From: a virus
Lineage: Duplodnaviria; Caudoviricetes
Length of the DNA: 50,056 bases
Virus record (IMG/VR): IMGVR_UViG_3300028586_000005
Coordinates: 1 to 50,056 of that record
Strand: one strand, 5' to 3'
The translations under genes and the position numbers were made by a program. The notes beneath the pieces are model-generated. The model was not told the DNA's origin. It made no database searches and saw only the letters and a list, made by a program, of their open reading frames with translations. Within the stretch, counting starts at the first letter, position 1. Each line of letters begins with the position of its first letter. This document shows positions 37,359-45,431 of the stretch, in pieces.

Positions 37359-38234
37359 ATGGTAACGAAGGCATCGCCGGCGCCGACCGGCAAGAACGAA
37401 CTCGCGACGACCACTGCGCCCGGCGCGCTCGCCCTTCCGGGTATCATGGGCGACTTCTTGATGGCTGAGGCCGAGAAGCACCAGCCCAAGATCACGATGG
37501 CCGATACCATCATGCCGCGCCTCTCGGTGCTGCAGGCGCTGTCGCCGACCGTTAACAAGCGCAAGCCGGAATACGTGCCCGGTGCTGAGCCCGGCATGAT
37601 CCTCAACGTCGCGACACTCGAACTCTTCACCGAGCGCCGGCTGCTCCCGGTCCACTATATCCGTCACCACGTCGAGTGGCGCCAGAACCGCGGCGGCTTC
37701 GTCGCCGATCACGGTGAGGATGATTCGATCATGGCGCGCGTCGTGTCGCGCGACGACAAGAACTTCGAAATCCTCGACAACGGCAACATCATCCAGCCGA
37801 CGCCGACGTGGTACTGCCTCGACCTCGACAACGACGGCGCGATGGTCGTGCTGTCGATGCCGCGCACTCACTCGCGGACCTCGCGCTCGTGGATGAGCCA
37901 GGTGACGAACGAGAAGATCACCCATCCGGGGACCGGGCAGAAGTTCAACCCTCCCATGTTCTTCCGCTCTTGGGTGCTCGGGACCTTCCTCACCAGCGAC
38001 GACAAGAACGAGTGGTTCATCTGGAAGGTGCTCGAAGCCGGCCCCACGATCGTCGACACGGTCGACGGCAAGCCGGACGGCGAGCCCGTCCTGCCGCTCG
38101 GCACGATGGAGAAGGCGATCCGCTTCCGCGACATGCTCGTGTCGGGCGCCGTCAAGGCGGACGCCTCGCACTTCGAGGAGGCCGGCGGCGGCAACGGCGG
38201 CGGCTCGCGGTCGGACGACAGCGCGCCGATGTAA
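37359..38234 (+). CDS. Putative ssDNA-binding / replication accessory protein
   Basis: MPRLSVLQALSP...YVPGAEPG motif recalled from phage replication modules; Gly-rich acidic tail (SDDSAPM). Confidence 0.55.
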   Translation: MVTKASPAPTGKNELATTTAPGALALPGIMGDFLMAEAEKHQPKITMADTIMPRLSVLQALSPTVNKRKPEYVPGAEPGMILNVATLELFTERRLLPVHYIRHHVEWRQNRGGFVADHGEDDSIMARVVSRDDKNFEILDNGNIIQPTPTWYCLDLDNDGAMVVLSMPRTHSRTSRSWMSQVTNEKITHPGTGQKFNPPMFFRSWVLGTFLTSDDKNEWFIWKVLEAGPTIVDTVDGKPDGEPVLPLGTMEKAIRFRDMLVSGAVKADASHFEEAGGGNGGGSRSDDSAPM

Positions 38235-38338
38235 TCGGTTTGGGCGGGAGCGATCCTCCCGCTCATTCGTTCCCCGGTCGGTTTGTTTACTCAGGGGTGG
38301 GTCGGATGGCCCGACCGGGGAATTGAAAGGAAACGAAG

Positions 38339-38656
38339 ATGATTGACGAAGTCCTCGCGCTGAAGCGCCTGCTGGCGATGAGCCCGGCGGAAGTCCGCTC
38401 GCGCAAGAATGCATGGGAGGAGGTCCAGCAGGCTGGAGCCGCGCTGCTCGCCGCGATCCCCCTCCACGTCCAGGTCCAGAGCGGGCCGATGACGGACGCC
38501 CAGCTGGCGGACGTTCGCTCGCTGATCGACGCGCAGCGGAGCGGGCAGGCGGACCCGCTCGTCAGAACTGTGATCGTCGGCACCGCCACGATAGTAATTG
38601 AGCCGCGAACCGCGGATATGGGCGCGGTGGTCGACGCCATCCGAGGGAGCGAGTGA
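38339..38656 (+). CDS. Hypothetical protein
   Basis: AAGGAAACGAAG RBS. Confidence 0.7.
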   Translation: MIDEVLALKRLLAMSPAEVRSRKNAWEEVQQAGAALLAAIPLHVQVQSGPMTDAQLADVRSLIDAQRSGQADPLVRTVIVGTATIVIEPRTADMGAVVDAIRGSE

Positions 38657-39054
38657 TGCCGAAGGTTTGGGTTATACAGAAGCCGAGAGACGGGGACTAC
38701 CTCGACATGGCCGCGTTGCGTGCGCTCGGCGAGGTCAACTATGCCCTCCCCTCCGCGCCCAATCTTCACGACCAGCAGCGCGTCACCGCTGACCTCAAGG
38801 AACTGACCCGGATCATCGCGACCTCGGGCGACAGCGACGTGTTCGTGTCGCTCGGCGGCAGCTTCCTCAGCCAGTATCTGTTCGGCTCCGCCTTCTCGCT
38901 GAGCGGCAAGGAGTCGGTCAACGTTGGGCTCTACTCGCGCGGTCGCGATGACGACGGACGCCGAGGCCGCACCGCCGGCTCGTACCGGGTGATCCGGGTC
39001 GACCTGGGGCTTACCGACCAAGACCTCGCCGACTGCCTCCCTGCAGCGGCCTAA
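38653..39054 (+). CDS. Hypothetical alpha/beta protein
   Basis: GTGA overlap; KVWVIQ start. Confidence 0.7.
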   Translation: MMPKVWVIQKPRDGDYLDMAALRALGEVNYALPSAPNLHDQQRVTADLKELTRIIATSGDSDVFVSLGGSFLSQYLFGSAFSLSGKESVNVGLYSRGRDDDGRRGRTAGSYRVIRVDLGLTDQDLADCLPAAA

Positions 39055-39068
39055 CGAAGGGAAACGAC

Positions 39069-39410
39069 ATGACGACGCAACCGCCTCGCGCTCGCCCGGC
39101 GCCGACCGGCACGAAGCCCCCTCCCTCCGGCGAGGACGCCCCCAAGCAGCAGCCGGTTCCCGGCGTCAGCGAGATGGTCGCCGAGGCCCTGGCCGCGCAG
39201 GCGACGAAGCCGGCCCCTGAGGTCGAGCAGGATCGCGTCGAGCGTCTTGCGCGCGTTCTCACCGCCGCAGCCGGCGGTGATCCCGACAACTTCATCCTCG
39301 GGCGCCCGCTCTGGCACGAGATGCTCCATGACGCCAAGCTGGCGATCGCCGTGCGCGAGTTCTTCGCGCAGGAGGAGCAGGAGGCCCGCGAGGATGCCGA
39401 CGCCTCCTGA
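39069..39410 (+). CDS. Hypothetical protein
   Basis: GAAGGGAAAC RBS. Confidence 0.7.
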   Translation: MTTQPPRARPAPTGTKPPPSGEDAPKQQPVPGVSEMVAEALAAQATKPAPEVEQDRVERLARVLTAAAGGDPDNFILGRPLWHEMLHDAKLAIAVREFFAQEEQEAREDADAS

Positions 39411-39606
39411 CATTGAGGCGTTCGGCTATCGGTGCATGTCGTTGCGCGCGCTTAAGGCCGCGATCGACGAAGCTCTCGACGCTGACCCGACGCTCATCGA
39501 CAAGCCGATCTGGACCGGGAACATTCCGCCGGTCCACCGGCCCCTTCGCTTGGTATCACACGGAACGGCGGGCATGACCCTCCTGTTCGAGAATGGAGGA
39601 AACTAG
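39394..39606 (+). CDS. Hypothetical protein
   Basis: GGAGG upstream; fills the gap to the next gene. Confidence 0.55.
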   Translation: MPTPPDIEAFGYRCMSLRALKAAIDEALDADPTLIDKPIWTGNIPPVHRPLRLVSHGTAGMTLLFENGGN

Positions 39607-40227
39607 ATGTCAGACCCGATGGACGCGCTGTTCGCCAACCAGATGGTCGCGGGCGACAACCAGCTGAAGAACCTCGCCGGCCTGATCGAGCAGGAGGACG
39701 AAGCCAACAACGAACTCGCCGCGCTCGAAACAATGACCGCGGACGTCAAGGCCCGGCGCTCGAACCTCCGCAACAAGCTCATTCCCGAGGCGATGCTGGA
39801 GGCCAAGACCCGCGACTTCACGACGGACAGCGGCCTCAAGGCCAAGCTCGCCTTCGCCACGGACGGCTCGCTCGGCTCCCCTAAGACTGAGGAGGAGCGG
39901 CGCGAGAAGGAAGCGAAGCTGGACCTCATCATCGCGCACGGCGGCGGCGAGATCGTCAAGCAGATCGTGACGGTGGAGTTCCCCAAGGAGATGATCGAGG
40001 AGGCGGAGAAGTTCCGCACTTGGCTCATCGACGAACTCCAAGAGCGCCGCGGCTGGGCTGTCAACATCTCGCGCGAGCGGTCGGTCAACCACCAGACGCT
40101 GATGTCGTTCATTCGGACCCGGATGGAGGAGGAGCGGCCCGAGGACCGCATCCCCATGACGATCTTGGAGAAGCTCGGCATCTGGTACGGCGAAATCGCC
40201 AAGATCACGCGACCGAAGAAAAAGTGA
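39607..40227 (+). CDS. Conserved phage replication-module protein (coiled coil, IPEAM...VNHQTL)
   Basis: GGAGG RBS; motif pattern recalled from siphophage replication regions. Confidence 0.7.
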   Translation: MSDPMDALFANQMVAGDNQLKNLAGLIEQEDEANNELAALETMTADVKARRSNLRNKLIPEAMLEAKTRDFTTDSGLKAKLAFATDGSLGSPKTEEERREKEAKLDLIIAHGGGEIVKQIVTVEFPKEMIEEAEKFRTWLIDELQERRGWAVNISRERSVNHQTLMSFIRTRMEEERPEDRIPMTILEKLGIWYGEIAKITRPKKK

Positions 40228-40236
40228 CAAGGGGGC

Positions 40237-40265
40237 TTTACGGAGCCCTCTTCTCATGTTACAAG
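40237..40265 (+). promoter_or_regulatory. Early promoter P4
   Basis: TTTACG 40237-40242; 17 nt spacer; TACAAG 40260-40265. Confidence 0.7.
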
Positions 40266-40294
40266 CGTGATAGTTGGAAACGAAGGAAACGAAG

Positions 40295-41227
40295 ATGCCC
40301 GGTCGCGAACTCTGGACCCGTACCACCGCCAAAGAGCGCGACGCCTTCGACCTCGGCGCCCAGTCCAAGCGCGGCGGCACCTACATCGGGAAGGGCAAAG
40401 AGTGGTACCGCAAGGACGAAGCCAACCTGACGGCTTGGTTCGAGCGCGGCTATCGCCTCCAGCAGAACTTCCCCGGCCAACAGGTCCGTTTTTCTACCCA
40501 CAATCCGTTTCTCAATGATGAGAAGCAGGCTAAGGTCGAGCCTGTCGAACCGATCGACCACAACGAGGAAACCGACATGAAGACCCGCACCACCGACGAA
40601 ATCGAGGCGCTGAAGGCGGATTACCGCACCAGCACCTATGACGCCTATGCCGCCGAGCAGGTCAGCGCCGGCTTCGAGCCGCAGCCGTTCGATGAAGCGT
40701 TCGCCGCCCACCTCGCCGCGCTCGACGACGCCGAGGCGCCCGCGGAGACCGAGACGGCGGCGGAGAAGCGCAAGCGCGAGAGCGCCGAGAAGAAGGCCGC
40801 AGCCGACGCCGCCAAGGCGGAGAAGAAGGCCGCAGCCGACGCCCTCAAGCAGAAGAAGCTCGACGACGCCGCCGCCGCCAAGGCGGAGAAGAAGGCCGCA
40901 GCCGATGCCGCCAAGGCCGCCAAGGCCGCGGAGCAGCCGGCCAAGGAGCCCAAGGCCAAGAAGTTCCGCCCGACCTCCGAGGATCGCGTCACCGTCATGA
41001 CCGCCGCCAAGGCGCTGGTCGGCGACGAGACGCCGCGCCTCAAGCTCGCGGGCGGCGCGACCTATGACGACTTCCTGAAGGGCACCCAGATGGATGTCGA
41101 GGGCAATGCCTCGGTCGTGTTCGATGTCTTCACCGCCAAGGCGATCCGCACCGATGGCGCGGCGCCGGTCGGCAAGCTCGTGGCGACGATCGAGGGCGGC
41201 AAGCTCGCCAAGGTCGCCAAGGCGTGA
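40295..41227 (+). CDS. Early protein with AEKKAAADA repeats (histone-H1/TolA-like low complexity) and probable internal start at 40577
   Basis: GAAGGAAACGAAG-ATG at 40295; GAGGAAACCGAC-ATG at 40577; three GAGAAGAAGGCCGCAGCCGA copies at about 40787-40905. Confidence 0.8.
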   Translation: MPGRELWTRTTAKERDAFDLGAQSKRGGTYIGKGKEWYRKDEANLTAWFERGYRLQQNFPGQQVRFSTHNPFLNDEKQAKVEPVEPIDHNEETDMKTRTTDEIEALKADYRTSTYDAYAAEQVSAGFEPQPFDEAFAAHLAALDDAEAPAETETAAEKRKRESAEKKAAADAAKAEKKAAADALKQKKLDDAAAAKAEKKAAADAAKAAKAAEQPAKEPKAKKFRPTSEDRVTVMTAAKALVGDETPRLKLAGGATYDDFLKGTQMDVEGNASVVFDVFTAKAIRTDGAAPVGKLVATIEGGKLAKVAKA

Positions 41228-41454
41228 CGGGCGCGGGGGTCGGGAGGGAGCGCAAGCCCTCCCGGCTCCGGCACTCGAATGGGTGCGTCATTGAATTCCA
41301 TCCTGTTACGAAAGACATGATGGAATTGGTCCGGGTAGTTAGCTCACGTCCGGGTCGCGACACTTATGAGTTCACCACGGGTCGCTGGTATGCGGCGGTG
41401 TGTTGGAAGGGCTGGCTGGGGGAAGGCTTCCAGCAGGAAACAGAAGGAAACTGA
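41224..41454 (+). CDS. Hypothetical protein (or structured leader)
   Basis: GTGA overlap, but atypical codon use and overlapping hairpins. Confidence 0.4.
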   Translation: MTGAGVGRERKPSRLRHSNGCVIEFHPVTKDMMELVRVVSSRPGRDTYEFTTGRWYAAVCWKGWLGEGFQQETEGN

Positions 41455-41455
41455 G

Positions 41456-41668
41456 ATGATGTCGAAGTGCTCGACCTGCCGGGGAACCGGCGAACTCCTC
41501 CATTCGATCGACCGCCGCAACGGCCATCCGATCTATCAGGAGTGCCCGAATTGCGAGGGGCAGGGCGTCGCGGGTATCCGTCCGCTCGACCGTCTCCTCT
41601 GGGCCGGCTTGATCCTCTGCGCCCTCTTCATCGCCATCGAGACGCTTCGCGGCCTCGCTTCTCACTGA
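41456..41668 (+). CDS. CxxCxGxG zinc-finger protein with C-terminal TM helix
   Basis: CSTCRGTG...CPNCEGQG followed by a hydrophobic segment; GAAGGAAAC RBS. Confidence 0.7.
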   Translation: MMSKCSTCRGTGELLHSIDRRNGHPIYQECPNCEGQGVAGIRPLDRLLWAGLILCALFIAIETLRGLASH

Positions 41669-41693
41669 TCCCGAACCGACCTACAGGGGACGT

Positions 41694-42668
41694 ATGACTA
41701 AGCCTATCATCATCATTGGCGCCGGGATGGCGGGCCTCCTCGCGGGCAACATGCTCCGGCGCCAGCCGTTCCAGATCGTCGAGCGGCAGACCTCGCTCCC
41801 CAACAACCACCACGCGGTCCTCCGCTTCCGCACCCAGCGCGTGGCCGAGCAGGTCCATGTCCCCTTCCGCGAGGTCCGCGTCTTCAAGGCGTGCGACGAA
41901 CCGGACCCGATCCGGGCGGCGATGCTCTACAGCTACAAGGTGACGGGCCGCTATGAGGTCCGCTCGCTGATCGACCTCGCCCCCTGCTCGCGGTTCATCG
42001 CTCCGCCTGACTTCATCGAGCGCATGGCCTCTGGGTTCGAGGAGGGCAAACACATCGCCTATGGGGTCGACGGCGCTGAGTTCTTCGATCCGCGATCAAT
42101 CACGGCGGGCGTCAAGGCGATCATCTCGACGCTGCCGATGCCGGCGCTGATGGACGCGCTCGACTATCAGGGGCCGCGCCCGGCGTTTTCCTCCATGCCC
42201 GGCTACACCCTCTCGGTCGACCTGCCGGGCGTCGATGTGTACGCGACCCGCTACTATGCGTCTCCCGATGAGTTCTACTATCGCGCGTCGATCACCGGCA
42301 ATCGCCTCATCGTCGAGTATGCCGGCGAGCCGCGCGCGCATATGGTGAACGAACTCGCCGGCTCGACCTACCGCATGATGGAGGTCGAGCGCGTCTTGGC
42401 TGACTTCGGCATCAACTCTTTTGCGATCCACGCCGATAGCGTGAAGATCAATGTCGCGCCTTACGCGAAGCTCGGCGCGCTTTCCGTGGAGGACCGCCGC
42501 AAGGCGATGGACTTCATGTACTGGGCGACGACGCATTTCAACATTTACTCTTTGGGGCGCTTCGCCACGTGGCGCTCCCGGCTCCTCATGGATGACATCG
42601 TCGATGATGTCCTCAAGATCGAGCGGTGGATCAGTGGCAGTCGTTATGACATTCAGAAAGGTCTGTGA
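41694..42668 (+). CDS. FAD-dependent oxidoreductase/mutase-like flavoprotein
   Basis: IIIGAGMAGLLAG dinucleotide-binding motif; IISTLP; C-terminal SLGRFATW. Confidence 0.85.
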   Translation: MTKPIIIIGAGMAGLLAGNMLRRQPFQIVERQTSLPNNHHAVLRFRTQRVAEQVHVPFREVRVFKACDEPDPIRAAMLYSYKVTGRYEVRSLIDLAPCSRFIAPPDFIERMASGFEEGKHIAYGVDGAEFFDPRSITAGVKAIISTLPMPALMDALDYQGPRPAFSSMPGYTLSVDLPGVDVYATRYYASPDEFYYRASITGNRLIVEYAGEPRAHMVNELAGSTYRMMEVERVLADFGINSFAIHADSVKINVAPYAKLGALSVEDRRKAMDFMYWATTHFNIYSLGRFATWRSRLLMDDIVDDVLKIERWISGSRYDIQKGL

Positions 42669-43462
42669 ACGTGATTAAGGAAACCAACATTGGCGTCGAC
42701 CTGATCGACTACACCGGCGCCGGCCACGCTGACCCGCTCTATGCCGGGCGCCTCCTCGCCTTCACGAAGTCGACGCGGCTCAACATGTCGCCGGAGGGCT
42801 TCCAGCGCTTCCTCGACATGCCGGCGGAAGCCATCGCGGAGGAGCTTCACTACATGGTGTCGACCCTTCCCTCCAGCTGGGAGTTCGTCAACGCGACGTT
42901 CTGCGTTCGCGAGGTCAGCCGGGCCTGCGCGCAGCAGATCACCCGGACCCGCTGGTCGCCGATGGAGGCCGACATCTTCGGCTCCTACGCGATGCAGGCC
43001 CAGCGCGTCACGGACGTGAGCGAGGCCCCCATGCACGTCCCTGCCGCCGTCAAGGCGATGGAGGGGACGAACGAGAACAGCGACACGTGGGAGGAGTGGT
43101 ACAAGGCGGTGCTCGGCGTCGCCACCGATAGCTACCGCCTCGCGCTGGAGGGCGGGATGCACGCGGAGGATGCGCGCGGCCTCCTCCCGATGCATACTGC
43201 CAGCAATCTTGTCGTCCAGTTCAACCTCCGCGCGCTGACGGAACTCTGCCGCAAACGGTCGTCGATGCGCGTCCAGGGCGAATACAACACGGTGGTGGCA
43301 CTGATGCGCGAGCACATCTGCCGCGTCTGGCCGTGGTCGGCGCCGTTCTTCGAGCCCAAGGAGTCGATCGCCTCCGCGATCATCGAGGAGGTCGCCAAGG
43401 AACTCCCGCGCGAGCTTCGCCTCAAGCTCGCCAAGGCCGCAGACCTCATCAAGGTCGGGTAA
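42665..43462 (+). CDS. thyX: ThyX-like flavin-dependent thymidylate synthase homologue with a non-canonical active-site motif
   Basis: SSWEF, VSRACAQQITRTR, EDARGLLP, NLRAL, RVQGEY. Confidence 0.8.
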   Translation: MNVIKETNIGVDLIDYTGAGHADPLYAGRLLAFTKSTRLNMSPEGFQRFLDMPAEAIAEELHYMVSTLPSSWEFVNATFCVREVSRACAQQITRTRWSPMEADIFGSYAMQAQRVTDVSEAPMHVPAAVKAMEGTNENSDTWEEWYKAVLGVATDSYRLALEGGMHAEDARGLLPMHTASNLVVQFNLRALTELCRKRSSMRVQGEYNTVVALMREHICRVWPWSAPFFEPKESIASAIIEEVAKELPRELRLKLAKAADLIKVG

Positions 43463-43463
43463 T

Positions 43464-43580
43464 ATGTGGCGGCTTCCGTTTTCCGGGCTGCAGGTGCGCC
43501 ACGGCGGGCTCCCTTGGGGCTTCGCTCTGGTCGCGCCAGTCTGGGCCCTAGCAGCCCTCCTAGCGCGCGCGATCGTCTGA
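43464..43580 (+). CDS. 38-aa hydrophobic peptide (not in ORF track)
   Basis: MWRLPFSGLQVRHGGLPWGFALVAPVWALAALLARAIV; starts 1 nt after the thyX stop and ends TGATG on the HNH start. Confidence 0.45.
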   Translation: MWRLPFSGLQVRHGGLPWGFALVAPVWALAALLARAIV

Positions 43581-43933
43581 TGTGCGTCTGGGACCGCTTC
43601 GCCGACAAGATCGCTCACCATCCCGGCGGCTGTTGGGACTGGATGGGGGCTCGGTCGACGGGCGGGAGGAGGGGCGCGGAGGAGAAGCTAGTGTACGGGA
43701 CGTTCCGCGACCCGGACAACGGACCTCTCCGCGCCCACGTTTGGATCGCGTGGCAATTCGGCTTGATCGAAGGGCCGCGCGTCCCCAAGGGTTATCAACT
43801 CGACCACTTGTGCGAGAACTCGCTGTGTGTGTCGCCGTGGCACCTAGAGCTTGTGCCGAGGATCGTGAACTATGATCGACGTTTCAACCGACCAGTCGCT
43901 GTCGCTCGCGCCGCAGCAATACGTCCTCTTTGA
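43580..43933 (+). CDS. HNH endonuclease (HNH_3-like)
   Basis: CWDWMG, YG.F, RAH, LDHLCENSLCVSPWHL. Confidence 0.88.
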   Translation: MCVWDRFADKIAHHPGGCWDWMGARSTGGRRGAEEKLVYGTFRDPDNGPLRAHVWIAWQFGLIEGPRVPKGYQLDHLCENSLCVSPWHLELVPRIVNYDRRFNRPVAVARAAAIRPL

Positions 43934-44342
43934 CCTCGACGGGACGCTCATCAACGTCAACTCGATCACGCATCTGATCGGCCAGTGGGAGGACTTCGCC
44001 GAAGCGACGCTGTCCTGTCCTCCGCACGAGCGCATGGTGAAGTTCGCGCGGTTCTGCCAAGGGATCGCCGAGGTCATCGTGGTGACCGGCAAGTCCGAGG
44101 TCTATTACCCGCGGGTGCTCGACTGGCTGCGGCTGCAGGGTATCATGCCAGAGGTCGTCTTGATGCGGCCTCAACTCAATTCCGAGAGCGACGCGACTTT
44201 GAAGCCGCGGCTCATCCGTCAGTACCTCGGCGAGGACTGGCGCGATCAGGTTCTGTTCGCGGTCGAGGACCGGGACAAGATGGTCGAGGCGTGGCGCGCG
44301 CTCGATGTCGTCTGCCTCCAATGCGCGCCCTCCCTCTACTGA
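43872..44342 (+). CDS. HAD-superfamily phosphatase (PNKP/PseT phosphatase-like)
   Basis: FDLDGTL, VTG, LMRP, VEDRDK. Confidence 0.88.
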   Translation: MIDVSTDQSLSLAPQQYVLFDLDGTLINVNSITHLIGQWEDFAEATLSCPPHERMVKFARFCQGIAEVIVVTGKSEVYYPRVLDWLRLQGIMPEVVLMRPQLNSESDATLKPRLIRQYLGEDWRDQVLFAVEDRDKMVEAWRALDVVCLQCAPSLY

Positions 44343-44353
44343 AGGAAACGACG

Positions 44354-44995
44354 ATGGACAATATCATTCTGACGCTCGGTTCGATGTCGATGCTGTCGGC
44401 AGCAATCCACCAGAGCAACGTCGATGCCGGCTGGTGGACCCACCACCTGACTGGTGAATCCCTCCTCGGCAACCGGCTCGACGATGGGCGCCCGATCCGC
44501 AACAACGGCGAGCTCATGATGCTGATCGTCAGCGAGCTTTCCGAGGGCTCCGAGGGCGCGGTCGACGGGCGCATGGACGACAAGCTCCCTCACCGCGTCA
44601 TGTATGAGGTCGAGTTGGCCGACGCCGCCGTCCGCATCCTGGACCTCGGCGGCGCACGCAAGGTCGACTTCGACGGCATCCTGCGCGATCTGGAGGAGTT
44701 CGAGGCGTTCGTGAACGTCGACCCGGCGTGGATGCCCGACGAAGCGCTGATGGCGATCGTCAACTGCATCTCGGCAGCGATGGAGGGGGATCGCAAGGAC
44801 TCCGCCGACAAGCGCGTCCCGACCCGCAAGGCGTTCGATGTCGGCCTGACGCGCGCGCTCGCCGCCATCTTCGCGGTCGGCGAGATGGAAAACCTCAATG
44901 TCATGTCGGCGCTGGTGGAGAAGTGGGAGTTCAACAAGACGCGCCCGGACCACCAGCTGGAGAACCGCCGCCGCGCGGGCGGGAAGGTGTACTGA
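44354..44995 (+). CDS. MazG-like all-alpha NTP pyrophosphohydrolase (apparently duplicated domain)
   Basis: LIVSELSEGSEG...DDKLPHR...EVELADAAVRILD; second repeat IVNCISAAMEGDRK; EKWEFN..RPDH. Confidence 0.8.
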   Translation: MDNIILTLGSMSMLSAAIHQSNVDAGWWTHHLTGESLLGNRLDDGRPIRNNGELMMLIVSELSEGSEGAVDGRMDDKLPHRVMYEVELADAAVRILDLGGARKVDFDGILRDLEEFEAFVNVDPAWMPDEALMAIVNCISAAMEGDRKDSADKRVPTRKAFDVGLTRALAAIFAVGEMENLNVMSALVEKWEFNKTRPDHQLENRRRAGGKVY

Positions 44996-44996
44996 G

Positions 44997-45431
44997 ATGA
45001 TGGTGTGTAACGCCTGCGGCGTCGCTCAGTACCAAGAGCACAAGAATATCCCTCATCATGCTTGGAGATGGGTCGAGCGCCCGCCAGAGCGGCCCCCTCT
45101 CGGCGCCAAGCCGGTCTGGCTCCGGCTGGAGGACGCCGCAGGGGTCAGCAAGGCGAAGGACAAGGAATATGGCGAGAGCTACCTCAGCTTTGGCCCCTTC
45201 GCCGCGGCTCTGTTCCCCAATGGCCTCGAACTCAAGACCGCGGAGGACTGGGGGCGGTTCGCGATCTTGTTCGAGGTCATTCAGAAGGTCCATCGCTACT
45301 CGCTCAACTTCCAGAAGGGCGGGCACGCGGACAGCCTGACCGACATCACGGTGTACGCGCAGATGCTGGCGCGGCTCGATGACCTTGCCCGACCAGGCAG
45401 GATCGTCGTGAAGGAAGAAGGTGAGCGCTGA
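44997..45431 (+). CDS. Nucleotide-modification-associated all-alpha domain protein (DUF1599/DUF6378-like)
   Basis: KDKEYGESY...K..RY...HADSLTDITVYAQML pattern. Confidence 0.6.
   Translation: MMVCNACGVAQYQEHKNIPHHAWRWVERPPERPPLGAKPVWLRLEDAAGVSKAKDKEYGESYLSFGPFAAALFPNGLELKTAEDWGRFAILFEVIQKVHRYSLNFQKGGHADSLTDITVYAQMLARLDDLARPGRIVVKEEGER

Noticed and set aside
38286-38320. Fifth copy of the early promoter (TTTACT at 38286; also 28421)
   Set aside because: No TACAAG at 17-nt spacing
40780-40930. Short direct repeats resembling a CRISPR array
   Set aside because: In-frame coding repeats (AEKKAAADA) with irregular short spacing and no cas genes
43462-43933. Group I intron carrying the HNH within thyX
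   Set aside because: ThyX appears complete before its stop, no downstream exon is evident, and the flanking ORFs are translationally coupled
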